Sequence record: DRR723986_15922 | Strand: one strand, 5' to 3' | Length of the DNA stretch: 48,003 nucleotides | Shown here: in pieces, positions 26,474-39,478 of the stretch | Layout: every line of letters starts with the position of its first letter | How positions within the stretch are numbered: position 1 is the stretch's first letter | The notes under the pieces: model-generated | The model's input: the letters and a program-made list of their open reading frames with translations, nothing else | Told to the model about the DNA's origin: nothing | Databases searched by the model: none | Made by a program: the position numbers and the translations under genes

Positions 26474-27295
26474 ATGAGTTACGAACGCAACTTCATGCTT
26501 ATTCAATCGGCACAGAATGAGCGGCTAAAAACAGCCATCAAATTGCTGAATTCAAACCACACGTTACGCAACAGCGGCCTGGCCGCTGCCGAGGGATTAC
26601 ACCTCGCTGAAATACTTCTGCACCTGCCGGGTGTGCACATCGAATCGGTCTGGATTCCTCAAAGTTTGTTGAACAAGCCTGAATGGTTAACCATGTCGGC
26701 CCTGAGCGATGTGCTGGACAACGGAGAGGTGCGCTGTTTGGTGCTTAGCGATGCACTTTATTCAAAGCTTAGCAAACTGAGCACTCCCACCGGGCCAATG
26801 ATCTTTTTTAAGCCTGTGGACGCCAGCACTGCCATTGACTTAAATCGGGATATCGCCTTACTGGATGGCATTCAAGATCCAGGCAATGTGGGCACCTTGT
26901 TGCGAAATTGTGCAGCAGCAGGGGTTCACCAAGTGGCTTTGAGCAACCACAGCGCGTGGGTATGGAGTGACAAGGTGCTGCGAGCAGGCATGGGTGCCCA
27001 GTTCGGCTTGCAGCTGTATGCTGAGGATGACTTGCTGAAGGCACTTTCAGCAGCCGCACTAAAAACACCGGTGCGCGTGACCAGCCTGCATCCCAAAAGC
27101 GTTGACCTGTTCAACGCCAATTTAAGGCCTGCGGGTGTGTGGGTATTCGGCAGCGAGGGGCAGGGCGTTAGTCAAGCCTGGCTGGACCGCGCCAGCGAAC
27201 ACATTCGAATTCCACAAAGCCAGACCATTGAAAGCCTGAATGTAGGCAGCAGCAGCGCAGTGTGTTTGTTTGAACAATTCAGGCAAAGGCGGTAA
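26474..27295 (+). CDS. TrmH/SpoU family RNA methyltransferase
   Basis: IQDPGNVGTLLR, VFGSEGQG, ESLNV. Confidence 0.92.
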   Translation: MSYERNFMLIQSAQNERLKTAIKLLNSNHTLRNSGLAAAEGLHLAEILLHLPGVHIESVWIPQSLLNKPEWLTMSALSDVLDNGEVRCLVLSDALYSKLSKLSTPTGPMIFFKPVDASTAIDLNRDIALLDGIQDPGNVGTLLRNCAAAGVHQVALSNHSAWVWSDKVLRAGMGAQFGLQLYAEDDLLKALSAAALKTPVRVTSLHPKSVDLFNANLRPAGVWVFGSEGQGVSQAWLDRASEHIRIPQSQTIESLNVGSSSAVCLFEQFRQRR

Positions 27296-27306
27296 AATCA
27301 AATACA

Positions 27307-27322
27307 CTGTACACTTAAACAG
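27307..27322. promoter_or_regulatory. LexA (SOS) box upstream of the photolyase gene
   Basis: CTGT-acacttaa-ACAG (CTGT-N8-ACAG), extended palindrome caCTGT...ACAGtg, in the 47-bp intergenic gap 20 nt before the ATG. Confidence 0.8.
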
Positions 27323-27342
27323 TGGTATCTGGATTTCGCTGC

Positions 27343-29022
27343 ATGCACCTGCACCTTGTTTGGCTGAAAAAAGACCTACGCCTGAGCGACCATGCTCCCT
27401 GGCATGCGGCGATCGCATCCGCCAGGGACAATCAGGGTTGCGTCGCCGCCTTGTATTGCCTTGAACCCAAACTGATCAAGCAGCCCGACAGTGCCCCACA
27501 ACATTTTGAGTTTGCCCGTGAGTGTCTACAGGAATTGGCGGAGCAAATGCCAGAGCACGTGCCTTTGCTGCTGGCCAAAGCCAATGCCACTGTGGCCTTG
27601 CAAACACTGACCTTGTGCTACGAGCGAATCACCATTTACAGCCATGAGGAAACAGGTAATTGGGCCAGCTATGAGCGTGACAAGGAAGTGAGGGTCTGGT
27701 GTGAACGCGAGTCGATACCTTGGTTTGAATTCCAAAACAATGCAGTGATACGCAGGCTAAAAAATCGCGATGAATGGGGTAAGTTGTGGCTGGACACCAT
27801 GCGTAAACCCCTGCTGCCGGTACCGGATTTTTCAGAATTACCCCAAGTCACCTGGTTTGACTTTCCACAACAATTGCAAGAAAAGCTGGAAATCAACGGA
27901 TTGCCTTGTGTGCAGCTAAACCGTTCACTTTGGCCGCAATGGGCACAATTTGTACATTTTTACCCGAAACATTTAACTGACAAGGCTTTACGTCAACGTG
28001 GTGGGCGCCAACAGGCACAGGCCTGTTTGAAGGAGTTTTTGAATGAACGCGGAATGAACTACCGTTTTGAGATGTCCAGCCCCTTGAGCGCTGAGTCAGC
28101 CTGCTCACGCCTGTCGCCTTACCTTGCTTTTGGTGTCATTTCCATTCGGGAAGTGCTGGAGGCATTGGGCTTGGCCCGTCAGCAACTGGCAGAAAGCGGA
28201 TTGTCACCCAAAGCACAAACACAGTGGAAGCAATCCCTGAAATCGTTCGAGAGCCGTTTGCATTGGCATTGCCACTTCATTCAAAAACTGGAAAGCGAAC
28301 CCGAGCTTGAATTTAGATCAGCCCATCGTGGTTTGAATGCCATGCGCAATTTCGCCGAGCTTGGCCCGGAAGAAAATCAAAAAGCACTGGCCTGGATAGA
28401 AGGGCGTACCGGTTTTCCCATGGTGGATGCCTGCATGCGAATGTTGCGCGCCACGGGTTGGGTTAACTTCCGCATGCGTGCCATGCTTGTGGCATTTGCG
28501 TCTTACCAACTCTGGCTGGATTGGCGACACACGGCGCCCATGTTGGCGCGTGAATTTCTCGACTACGAGCCTGGCATTCACTACCCGCAATTTCAAATGC
28601 AGTCGGGCGTCACAGGTATTAACACCTTGCGCATTTACAACCCGGTGAAACAAGCCAAAGATCATGATCCCAAAGGAGTGTTCATCAGGCGCTGGATACC
28701 AGAGCTGAAAAACATCCCCGATCCATGGATAGGGGAGCCCTGGAATACGCCACAACTCATTCAGCAAGAGTGCGGATGCGTGATTGGGGTGGACTACCCG
28801 TGGCCTGTAGTGGATCCCGATTCAGCCATTTCGAAAGCGCGGTCCAAAATTACCGAATTCAGGCACCGCAAAGGTTTTGTGGAGGAATCACAGCGTGTTT
28901 ATGAAAAACACGGCTCCAGAAACCCCAACCGCAATGGCAGTGTCACCCCTAAACGGCGCAGCCAGAAGAAACGATCCGACGAGTCAATGATCGAGACCGA
29001 TACACAGCAAAGTTTATTTTGA
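27343..29022 (+). CDS. Cryptochrome/DNA photolyase family FAD-binding protein
   Basis: VWLKKDLRLSDH, SRLSPYLAFG, GRTGFPMVDACMR, GWVNFRMRAM, FLDYEPGIH, GINTLRIYNPVKQ..DHDP.G.FIRRWIPEL; ATG 27343 preferred to GTG 27322. Confidence 0.93.
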   Translation: MHLHLVWLKKDLRLSDHAPWHAAIASARDNQGCVAALYCLEPKLIKQPDSAPQHFEFARECLQELAEQMPEHVPLLLAKANATVALQTLTLCYERITIYSHEETGNWASYERDKEVRVWCERESIPWFEFQNNAVIRRLKNRDEWGKLWLDTMRKPLLPVPDFSELPQVTWFDFPQQLQEKLEINGLPCVQLNRSLWPQWAQFVHFYPKHLTDKALRQRGGRQQAQACLKEFLNERGMNYRFEMSSPLSAESACSRLSPYLAFGVISIREVLEALGLARQQLAESGLSPKAQTQWKQSLKSFESRLHWHCHFIQKLESEPELEFRSAHRGLNAMRNFAELGPEENQKALAWIEGRTGFPMVDACMRMLRATGWVNFRMRAMLVAFASYQLWLDWRHTAPMLAREFLDYEPGIHYPQFQMQSGVTGINTLRIYNPVKQAKDHDPKGVFIRRWIPELKNIPDPWIGEPWNTPQLIQQECGCVIGVDYPWPVVDPDSAISKARSKITEFRHRKGFVEESQRVYEKHGSRNPNRNGSVTPKRRSQKKRSDESMIETDTQQSLF

Positions 29023-29045
29023 ACCAGATTGATGAAGGCGCAAAT

Positions 29046-29882
29046 TCAGTAAATTGGGGAGCCCAAATTCAATTGTTGCAGAATCGTGGTCGAGATTTCT
29101 TCAATGGATTTGCTGGTCGAGCTAAGCCAGCTGATTCCCTCTCGGCGCATCATGAACTCGGCTGCCCGGATTTCTTGCCTGCAATTTTCAAGCGACGCAT
29201 ACTTGCTGCCTGGACGTCGCTCGTTGCGTATCTCGCTCAAGCGTTCTGGTGATATTGAAAGTCCAAAAATCTTGTCCTTGAACGGGGGTAGGGCCGCTGG
29301 CAACTCTCCACGCTCGAAGTCCTCTGGAATCAACGGGTAATTGGCGGCCTTGATGCCATATTGCATTGCCAGATAAAGGCTGGTTGGTGTTTTACCAGAC
29401 CGGGAAACACCCACCAAAATGACATCGGCTGCCTGTAGGTCCTTGTGAGTTTGACCATCGTCATGCGCCAGTGTGTAGTTAATCGCTTCAATGCGGTTTT
29501 TGTACTGCTCGTTGTCAGCAATGGTGTGCGAACGGCCAATGCGATGTGTGCTTTTGATGTCCAGTTCTTTTTCCAAGGGTTCCACAAAGGTGAGGAACAA
29601 ATCCATGAACACACCATCAGCCTGTTTCACGACGTCGTTGATGACCGTGTTCACCAGGGTGCTGAACACGATGGGTTTTTGGCCATCGTATTTCGCAATG
29701 TCATTGATCTTTTGTCGGGCTGAAATTGCCTTCACTTCTGAATCAATAAAGGGAATGCGAATTTGCTTGAAACGTATGCCTTCAAATTGGGACAACACCG
29801 AGTGGCCGAGGGTTTCCGCCGTAATGCCAGTGCCGTCTGACACAAAAACCACGGTGCGCTCCTGGCTTACATTTTCTGACAT
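29046..29882 (-). CDS. ppsR: PEP synthase regulatory protein (kinase/pyrophosphorylase)
   Basis: [37 protein letters not shown]; divergent from ppsA. Confidence 0.95.
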   Translation of the reverse strand: MSENVSQERTVVFVSDGTGITAETLGHSVLSQFEGIRFKQIRIPFIDSEVKAISARQKINDIAKYDGQKPIVFSTLVNTVINDVVKQADGVFMDLFLTFVEPLEKELDIKSTHRIGRSHTIADNEQYKNRIEAINYTLAHDDGQTHKDLQAADVILVGVSRSGKTPTSLYLAMQYGIKAANYPLIPEDFERGELPAALPPFKDKIFGLSISPERLSEIRNERRPGSKYASLENCRQEIRAAEFMMRREGISWLSSTSKSIEEISTTILQQLNLGSPIY

Positions 29883-30018
29883 GAATCAATCCTGTGTGTA
29901 TCGGTGGCAAAAGATCGGGTTACAGTTACAATCATAAAAAGAAATCAGGGGAAATAGTCGATGCGCGTGCTCCCAAATCGCCGCATTCACTATTTCTTTT
30001 GAACTATAAGGTGAATCA

Positions 30019-32427
30019 ATGTCAACAAATCAAGGAGTTAGCCCAACAGCTCTTGTTGCGCCATTCGAAAAGCTTCGAATGGAAGATGTAGAAACTGTCG
30101 GCGGTAAAAACTCGTCTTTGGGAGAAATGATCTCCCAATTGGCCGAAACTGGCGTGCGAGTGCCTGGCGGCTTTGCCACCACAGCCCATGCCTTCCGCGA
30201 ATTCCTGAAAGCCAACAATCTGGTTGAGCGTATCAACGCCAAGCTGGACGCCCTGAACGTAGACGATGTTCGCGCACTGACCCAAGCAGGTGCCGAGATT
30301 CGCCAATGGGTTGTCGAGGCTCCCTTGCCAGCGGATCTCGAACAGGAAATTCGCAGCGCCTACGCCACGATGATGGCTCAAAGCGGCGGTGACATTTCGG
30401 TGGCTGTTCGCTCCTCCGCCACCGCTGAAGATTTGCCGGATGCTTCTTTTGCCGGTCAGCAAGAATCTTTCCTGAACGTGACGGGCATCGATGATGTTCT
30501 GGAAAAAATCAAGGAAGTGTTCGCTTCGTTGTACAACGATCGCGCCATTTCTTACCGCGTACACAAAGGATTTGCGCACGCGGACGTGGCTTTGAGTGCA
30601 GGTGTGCAGCGCATGGTTCGCTCTGACAAAGCTGCCTCTGGTGTCATGTTTACCATGGACACTGAAAGCGGATTTGATCAAGTGGTGTTCATCACTTCCA
30701 GCTACGGATTGGGTGAAACCGTGGTGCAAGGCGCAGTGAACCCCGATGAGTTCTACGTATTCAAGCCCACATTGGCTGCGGGAAAATACCCCATCATTCG
30801 CCGTCAAATTGGATCTAAATTGATCAAGATGGAATTTGATGCGTTGAAGGAAAGCGGCAAGAGTGTTCGCACCGTGGACGTGCCTGCCGAACAGCGTAAC
30901 CGTTATTCGCTGAATGACGATGACGTCATCGAACTGGCCAAGTACGCCATGATCATCGAGAAGCATTATGGCCGTCCAATGGATATTGAGTGGGGCAAAG
31001 ACGGGATCGATGGCAAGCTCTATATTTTGCAAGCTCGTCCTGAAACCGTAAATTCCCAAAAAGACAATGATGTGCAGCTGCGCTACAAACTCAAAGGCAA
31101 CTCTGCGATTCTGAGCTCTGGCCGCGCCATCGGTCAGAAGATTGGCGCGGGCTCAGTGCGGGTGATCAATGATTCTTCGGAAATGGACCGTGTACAGGCC
31201 GGCGACATTTTGGTGACCGACATGACCGACCCCAACTGGGAACCAGTCATGAAGCGCGCGGCAGCCATTGTGACCAACCGAGGTGGCCGCACCTGCCACG
31301 CCGCAATTATCGCCCGTGAACTTGGTATTCCCGCGGTTGTAGGTTGTGGCGATGCCACCGAGAAACTCACGGAAGGCATGCTGGTGACGGTTAGCTGCTC
31401 CGAAGGTGACACCGGCTATATTTACGAAGGTCTTCTGGAAACCGAAGTCAGTGAAGTCAAGCGCGGCGCATTGCCTGAAATTCCTGTGAAGATCATGATG
31501 AACGTGGGCAACCCTCAGTTGGCCTTTGAGTTTTGCCAATTGCCCAACAAGGGCGTTGGTTTGGCACGCTTGGAATTTATTATTAACAACGCCATCGGCA
31601 TTCACCCGAAAGCAATTCTTGATTATCCGAACGTGGATGCCGACTTGAAGAAAGCCGTGGAAAGTGTGGCGCGTGGCCATGCCAGCCCGGTTGCATTTTT
31701 TGTGGATAAATTGGCGGAGGGCGTGGCCACAATCGCCGCTGCGTTCTACCCAAAGCCGGTTATTGTTCGCATGTCCGATTTCAAGTCCAATGAATACCGC
31801 AAGCTGATCGGCGGCAGTCGCTACGAACCTGAAGAAGAAAACCCGATGCTGGGCTTCCGCGGCGCAGCCAGATACATCTCTGAGGAATTCGCAGAGTGTT
31901 TCGAAATGGAATGTTTGGCCCTCAAGCGAGTTCGTGAGCAAATGGGCCTGGACAATGTGCAAATCATGATTCCATTTGTTCGTACCTTGAATCAGGCCGC
32001 ACGGGTGGTTGACCTGTTGGCACGAAACGGTTTGAAGCGCGGCGATAACGGGTTGAAAGTGGTCATGATGTGCGAAGTACCTTCCAATGCAGTGCTGGCC
32101 GACCAGTTCCTCGAATATTTCGATGGTTTCTCGGTGGGTTCCAACGACCTGACCCAGCTTACCCTGGGCCTGGACCGGGATTCAGGGCTGGATATTTTGG
32201 CTGCTGATTTCGACGAACGAGACCCTGCCGTGCGCGCCCTGTTGAGCAAGGCCATCGAGGCTTGCAAATCCAAAGGCAAATACGTGGGTATTTGCGGGCA
32301 AGGACCTTCCGATCATCCGGATTTTGCGTTGTGGCTGGCGGGCGAGGGAATTGAATCGATTTCCTTGAACCCCGATACCGTGATTGACACTTGGCAGAAA
32401 TTGGCTGACAAGTTCAACAAAAAGTAA
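30019..32427 (+). CDS. ppsA: Phosphoenolpyruvate synthase
   Basis: [25 protein letters not shown], phospho-His [35 protein letters not shown]. Confidence 0.98.
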   Translation: MSTNQGVSPTALVAPFEKLRMEDVETVGGKNSSLGEMISQLAETGVRVPGGFATTAHAFREFLKANNLVERINAKLDALNVDDVRALTQAGAEIRQWVVEAPLPADLEQEIRSAYATMMAQSGGDISVAVRSSATAEDLPDASFAGQQESFLNVTGIDDVLEKIKEVFASLYNDRAISYRVHKGFAHADVALSAGVQRMVRSDKAASGVMFTMDTESGFDQVVFITSSYGLGETVVQGAVNPDEFYVFKPTLAAGKYPIIRRQIGSKLIKMEFDALKESGKSVRTVDVPAEQRNRYSLNDDDVIELAKYAMIIEKHYGRPMDIEWGKDGIDGKLYILQARPETVNSQKDNDVQLRYKLKGNSAILSSGRAIGQKIGAGSVRVINDSSEMDRVQAGDILVTDMTDPNWEPVMKRAAAIVTNRGGRTCHAAIIARELGIPAVVGCGDATEKLTEGMLVTVSCSEGDTGYIYEGLLETEVSEVKRGALPEIPVKIMMNVGNPQLAFEFCQLPNKGVGLARLEFIINNAIGIHPKAILDYPNVDADLKKAVESVARGHASPVAFFVDKLAEGVATIAAAFYPKPVIVRMSDFKSNEYRKLIGGSRYEPEEENPMLGFRGAARYISEEFAECFEMECLALKRVREQMGLDNVQIMIPFVRTLNQAARVVDLLARNGLKRGDNGLKVVMMCEVPSNAVLADQFLEYFDGFSVGSNDLTQLTLGLDRDSGLDILAADFDERDPAVRALLSKAIEACKSKGKYVGICGQGPSDHPDFALWLAGEGIESISLNPDTVIDTWQKLADKFNKK

Positions 32428-32442
32428 ACAGGAGTTACACCA

Positions 32443-32865
32443 TTGAGCAATTTGTCACTGTGGTTGGTATTGGCGGGTATTTTGTTGATTGCCGAAATGA
32501 CCACAGGCACGTTTTATCTGCTCATGGTGTCCTTGGGAGCGGCCATTGGTGCATTGATGGCCTATCTAGGCTACGGTCTTGAAATTCAAATTGGCGCAGC
32601 CGCTGTGTTTGCAGTGGCTGGCAGCCTTCTTCTTCGTAACCGTTCAGTCAAACGAAGCACCACAGACAAACAACACGATGTGCTCGACATTGGCAACAAA
32701 CTTGAAATTCCTAGCTGGAATACGGGTGGACGTACCAATGTTCAATACCGTGGTGCCACTTGGGCAGCAGAGAGCACCGACAGCACGCCTGTAACTGGCC
32801 TGCATCAAATTGTCGATGTTCAGGGCAATGTCCTGAAAGTTAAAAGCGTTTCGACACACGCGTAA
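32443..32865 (+). CDS. NfeD family membrane protein
   Basis: E..TGTFYLL, three TM helices, C-terminal OB-like YRGATW; TTG start after AGGAG; paired with SPFH gene. Confidence 0.88.
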   Translation: MSNLSLWLVLAGILLIAEMTTGTFYLLMVSLGAAIGALMAYLGYGLEIQIGAAAVFAVAGSLLLRNRSVKRSTTDKQHDVLDIGNKLEIPSWNTGGRTNVQYRGATWAAESTDSTPVTGLHQIVDVQGNVLKVKSVSTHA

Positions 32866-32911
32866 TCGGCCAAGCCTCGTCCCCGGGTCCGCCAATCAAA
32901 GGAGAAAATTC

Positions 32912-33817
32912 ATGGAAGTTTCAATTGTCATATTGATATTGGCGATTGTGTTCGTCAGCCAGGCGCTGCGTATTGTGCCTCAGCAAAGTGCATGGGTGGT
33001 TGAGCGTTTGGGCAAATACGACCGCACCTTGCAGGCTGGTCTGAACTTTTTAGTGCCATTCATCGAGCGTGTTTCCTACAAACATTCGTTAAAAGAAATT
33101 CCCTTGGATGTACCCAGCCAGGTGTGTATTACCAAGGACAACACTCAGCTTCAGGTTGATGGCATTTTGTATTTTCAGGTGACTGACGCGATGCGGGCCA
33201 GCTACGGCTCAAGCGACTACATCAGTGCGATCACCCAACTGGCGCAAACCACCTTGCGATCGATTATTGGTCGCATGGAGTTGGACAAAACCTTTGAAGA
33301 GCGCGACATGATCAACGCGGCGATTGTAAATGCTTTGGATGAAGCGGCACTGAACTGGGGCGTTAAGGTATTGCGATATGAAATCAAAGACTTGACGCCA
33401 CCACGTGAGATTTTACTTTCAATGCAGGCGCAAATTACGGCGGAACGTGAAAAGCGCGCCCTGATTGCCGCTTCAGAAGGGCGCAAGCAGGAACAAATCA
33501 ATATTGCCAACGGTGAACGGGAATCTGCAATTGCCCGCTCCGAAGGTGACCGAATTGCTGCCATCAACCGCGCCCAGGGTGAAGCTGGCGCGATTCGGGA
33601 AATTGCCGAAGCCACTGCCGATGCATTGCGAAAAGTGGCCGCAGCGGTGGCGGAACCTGGGGGTATGGAAGCAGTGAACCTGAAGGTGGCAGAGCAGTAC
33701 ATCGAGGCCTTTTCTGGAGTGGCCAAGGCAGGCAATACCTTGATACTGCCGGGCGACCTTTCCAACATGGGTTCCATGGTGGCGGCAGCGATGCAGGTGG
33801 TGAAGCAGGGGAAATAA
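32912..33817 (+). CDS. SPFH/band 7 domain protein (QmcA-like)
   Basis: VVERLGKY, Q.CITKDN, AQTTLRSIIG, WGVKVLRYEIKD, AEREKRA. Confidence 0.93.
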   Translation: MEVSIVILILAIVFVSQALRIVPQQSAWVVERLGKYDRTLQAGLNFLVPFIERVSYKHSLKEIPLDVPSQVCITKDNTQLQVDGILYFQVTDAMRASYGSSDYISAITQLAQTTLRSIIGRMELDKTFEERDMINAAIVNALDEAALNWGVKVLRYEIKDLTPPREILLSMQAQITAEREKRALIAASEGRKQEQINIANGERESAIARSEGDRIAAINRAQGEAGAIREIAEATADALRKVAAAVAEPGGMEAVNLKVAEQYIEAFSGVAKAGNTLILPGDLSNMGSMVAAAMQVVKQGK

Positions 33818-33833
33818 TTCTCCTGCAGCGAGT

Positions 33834-34283
33834 TCAGGTGCGGTGAATCTTCATCAACCGTTCCTGCTCTCGCTTCCAATCCTTGTCCTTCAGGGTATCC
33901 CGTTTGTCATGCTGCTTTTTGCCCTTAGCAAGAGCCATGTCTACTTTCACCCGGCCATTTTTGAAATGCAGGTTCAGGGGTACCAGTGAATAACCCCTTT
34001 GTTCGACCTTACCAATTAGCCGGTTAATTTCCTTTTTGTGCATCAATAACTTGCGTGTACGGGTATTGACGGGATTGACGTGAGTTGACGCACTGGTCAG
34101 TGGCGAAATGTGGCAGTTCAGTAACCACAACTCACCATTGCGAACCACAATGTGGCTTTCCTTGATTTGAACGCGGCCATCGCGAATGGATTTGACCTCC
34201 CAGCCTTCCAGCACAATACCCGCCTCATACTTCTCTTCAATGAAGTAATCAAAACCTGCTTTTTTGTTGTCAATAATGCTCAT
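33834..34283 (-). CDS. smpB: SsrA-binding protein
   Basis: [41 protein letters not shown]. Confidence 0.97.
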   Translation of the reverse strand: MSIIDNKKAGFDYFIEEKYEAGIVLEGWEVKSIRDGRVQIKESHIVVRNGELWLLNCHISPLTSASTHVNPVNTRTRKLLMHKKEINRLIGKVEQRGYSLVPLNLHFKNGRVKVDMALAKGKKQHDKRDTLKDKDWKREQERLMKIHRT

Positions 34284-34384
34284 GAATTCGGTGAAAACGT
34301 CCTTTGGGTGCGGCGCAGCGTGAAAAACGCTAAAATAGAGAGTTTAATCCTTTCTCCGAGCGGGAAACAAACCCTTCAGCATTC

Positions 34385-34830
34385 ATGGCCATTGTAGAAA
34401 AATCCGTGTTGGTTCATTTTTCCACGCAACAAATGTTTGATTTGGTGCGGGCCGTGGCCGATTATCCTCAGTTTTTACCTTGGTGCGGCGCCGGAAGCGT
34501 GGAGCCTGTCGATATCCATACAGAAAAAGCGACCGTAGAAATTGCATTCAAAGGTGTCAAGCAAAGCTTTTGCACCATGAATCGGCTCAACCCCGGCACG
34601 GAAATTCACATGACCTTGGTAGAGGGTCCGTTCACGCATCTGGAAGGTATCTGGCAGTTCATTGAACTCACGCCTGAGGCCTGCAAAGTACATTTCAAAC
34701 TGGAGTATGAGTTTTCAAGCAAAGTGCTCGAGCAACTCGTAGGACCTGTTTTTACCAGCTTGGCCAACAGTTTTGTGGATTCATTCATTAAACGTGCTGA
34801 ATCACTACACAGCACGGGAGCAGGGCGATA

Positions 34831-34831
<1 letters not shown>
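34385..34831 (+). CDS. ratA: RatA/PasT (START-domain, Coq10-like) protein
   Basis: MFDLV..V..YPQFLPWC, GPF.HLEG.W.F; divergent from smpB. Confidence 0.92.
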
Positions 34832-36737
<1,906 letters not shown>

Positions 36738-36763
36738 CAAGGCCTGAGCACAGCGAAGCAACC

Positions 36764-37756
36764 ATGCAAAAACCTGACATTCCGCACAACGAAGAAGAAA
36801 GAACACGGGCTATCCAGAACTTGGGGATGATTTACTCGCCCTCTGAAGCCCGGTTTGATCGCATCACGCGTTTGGTTTGTCGGCATTTTGATATCGACAC
36901 GGCGCTGGTCACCATTGTGTACAAGGAAATTCAATGGTTCAAATCCCTGCAGGGCCTGAATGCCTGCTCCACTGACAGGGAGGTATCTTTCTGTGGACAC
37001 GCCATTCTCAGCGATGAACCACTGATTGTGGAAAATGCGCTGCTGGACCCCCGGTTCATGGACAACCCATTGGTCGTTGATGGACCTAGAATCCGGTTTT
37101 ATGCAGGTCAGCCCATCCGGGATGCATTCGGTATTACCATTGGTACACTTTGCGTGATTGACAGCGTGCCACGGGCTTTTTCTCAGGAAGACCGGCAGGA
37201 TTTGCGAGATTTTGCACGCCTGGTTGAGGCGGAAATTGCGAAACCTGTGGACGATAACATCGTCACGCGGTTCGTTCGCTCACTCAACGAGCACCAACGC
37301 TCCTTGCTGATTGACCCAATTGTGGGTTCTTGGAACCGACGCGGCTTTGAGGCACTTCTGGACAAAGAGCTGGAGCATGCTTCGCGAAAGGGAGAAGATC
37401 TTTCCCTGTTGCATGTCAAACTCAGTTCATTTGACTTGATTTTGAACAGGTTTGGTCATGATCGAATCATTGACTTCACCAAATTCACCGCGGCCATCAT
37501 TCGGGATGCTTTGCCAAATGGATCGAGCGTTGGCTCTTTGGGGGCGGATGCTTTTGTAGCAGTTTGCTCGGGCATGACCAGTTCAGAGGTGGCTCGTTTA
37601 CTGGAGCAACTCAAAACAAGCTTTGCTGAAACAACTCTGGAAACACATGGCGTAAAAGCACTGGTTGACGTGGAAATCAATTTTCTCACCCTGTCCGGCG
37701 AGGACCTACGGTGTACGGCCGTGCAGGCAGTGGATCGCATACTCAGCCTTAGCTAA
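36764..37756 (+). CDS. GAF domain plus degenerate GGDEF domain protein
   Basis: GAF: FDRITRL, QWFKS, SFCGHAI, DPRF.DNPLV, IRFYAG, GTLCVID; GGDEF-like [12 protein letters not shown], signature replaced by GADAF. Confidence 0.85.
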   Translation: MQKPDIPHNEEERTRAIQNLGMIYSPSEARFDRITRLVCRHFDIDTALVTIVYKEIQWFKSLQGLNACSTDREVSFCGHAILSDEPLIVENALLDPRFMDNPLVVDGPRIRFYAGQPIRDAFGITIGTLCVIDSVPRAFSQEDRQDLRDFARLVEAEIAKPVDDNIVTRFVRSLNEHQRSLLIDPIVGSWNRRGFEALLDKELEHASRKGEDLSLLHVKLSSFDLILNRFGHDRIIDFTKFTAAIIRDALPNGSSVGSLGADAFVAVCSGMTSSEVARLLEQLKTSFAETTLETHGVKALVDVEINFLTLSGEDLRCTAVQAVDRILSLS

Positions 37757-37812
37757 ACCAGGTACAACGTTGCCTTGGGCCAATTACCTTTAATACATTC
37801 AAAGAACGCTTC

Positions 37813-39435
37813 ATGAATCATCAGAAAATTTTGGTACTCGACTTCGGGTCACAGGTCACACAACTTATTGCTCGACGCGTGCGTGAATGTGGGGTTTTCT
37901 GCGAAATTTTGCCCTGCGACGTAGACCCGGAACGCATCAGGGAATACGGAGCATCTGGCATTGTGTTGTCGGGTAGCCACCAGTCTGCTTATGAAGAAAG
38001 CACCGACCGGGCGCCCGAGTTGGTGTTTAATCTTGGCGTACCTGTGCTGGGTATTTGCTACGGCATGCAGACCATGGCCATGCAACTCGGCGGCAAAGTT
38101 GAAGCGGGTACGGTTCGGGAATTTGGCCATGCCCAAATTCGGGCTCACGGCCACACAAAACTGTTTGATGGCATTCAAGACGAGACCAACGAGCAAGGCC
38201 ATGGTCTGTTGAATGTGTGGATGAGCCACGGTGACAAGGTGACCGAGCTTCCCCCAAACTTCAAGTTGATGGCTTCTACACCCTCATGCCCAATCGCCGG
38301 CATGGCGGATGAAACACGCGGGTTTTATGCCGTGCAGTTTCACCCCGAAGTGACACACACCAAGAAGGGCAAGGAGATACTGGCTCGCTTTGTTCGCGAT
38401 ATTTGCGGCTGTAAAGGTGATTGGTCCATGCCCGGTTTTGTGGATGAAGCCGTTGAAAAGATTCGTGCCCAAGTCGGCACCGATGAAGTGATTCTGGGCC
38501 TTTCCGGTGGCGTAGATTCTTCAGTGGCAGCCGCATTGATTCACAAGGCAATTGGCGACCAACTAACCTGCGTATTTGTAGACCACGGCTTGCTTCGTTT
38601 TAAAGAAGGCGAACAGGTCATGGAAACCTTTGCCAAACATTTGGGTGTGCGTGTTGTGCATGTCAACGCCACGGAGGAATTCATGGGACAGCTGAAAGGC
38701 GTTACCGACCCCGAGGCCAAACGCAAAATTATTGGTAAAGCATTCGTGGATGTATTCCAGCGCGAGGCTGGCATGCGAGCCAACGCCAAGTGGCTTGCAC
38801 AGGGCACCATTTACCCGGACGTCATTGAATCAGCAGGCGCAAAAACAGGCAAAGCCACCAGCATCAAGAGCCACCACAATGTGGGCGGCTTGCCGGATAC
38901 GCTGAACCTGAAATTGCTTGAACCCTTGCGCGATTTGTTCAAGGACGAAGTGCGTAAGCTTGGCGTTGAACTTGGCCTTGACCCTGAAATGGTTTACCGC
39001 CACCCATTCCCCGGGCCTGGTCTTGGTGTTCGTATTTTGGGTGAAGTAAAAGCCGAATACGCGGAAATTTTGCAGCGTGCCGATGCCGTATTCATTGAAG
39101 AATTGCGAAATACCAAAGCCACAGCCAAAGACGCCGCGGCTGAATTGTGCACCGAGGAACAAATCGGAAAAAGCTGGTATGACCTGACCAGCCAGGCCTT
39201 TGCAGTGTTCTTGCCAGTGAAATCGGTGGGTGTGATGGGCGATGGTCGCACCTACGAATACGTGGTGGCCATTCGCGCAGTACAAACCCAAGACTTCATG
39301 ACAGCACACTGGGCTCACCTGCCTTATGCGTTGTTGGGCCGTATCTCCAATCGCATCATCAATGAAGTAAAAGGTGTAAACCGGGTGGTCTACGACGTAT
39401 CGGGTAAACCACCTGCGACCATTGAGTGGGAATAA
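37813..39435 (+). CDS. guaA: GMP synthase (glutamine-hydrolysing)
   Basis: [51 protein letters not shown]. Confidence 0.98.
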   Translation: MNHQKILVLDFGSQVTQLIARRVRECGVFCEILPCDVDPERIREYGASGIVLSGSHQSAYEESTDRAPELVFNLGVPVLGICYGMQTMAMQLGGKVEAGTVREFGHAQIRAHGHTKLFDGIQDETNEQGHGLLNVWMSHGDKVTELPPNFKLMASTPSCPIAGMADETRGFYAVQFHPEVTHTKKGKEILARFVRDICGCKGDWSMPGFVDEAVEKIRAQVGTDEVILGLSGGVDSSVAAALIHKAIGDQLTCVFVDHGLLRFKEGEQVMETFAKHLGVRVVHVNATEEFMGQLKGVTDPEAKRKIIGKAFVDVFQREAGMRANAKWLAQGTIYPDVIESAGAKTGKATSIKSHHNVGGLPDTLNLKLLEPLRDLFKDEVRKLGVELGLDPEMVYRHPFPGPGLGVRILGEVKAEYAEILQRADAVFIEELRNTKATAKDAAAELCTEEQIGKSWYDLTSQAFAVFLPVKSVGVMGDGRTYEYVVAIRAVQTQDFMTAHWAHLPYALLGRISNRIINEVKGVNRVVYDVSGKPPATIEWE

Positions 39436-39478
39436 GCCAATAAAGCACATCCCATCACTTACCCCAGCCTTACAGAAG

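Noticed and set aside
30022-31962. Long antisense ORFs (345 aa and 269 aa) opposite ppsA
   Set aside because: Codon-aligned shadows of a conserved, codon-biased gene; no recognisable motifs
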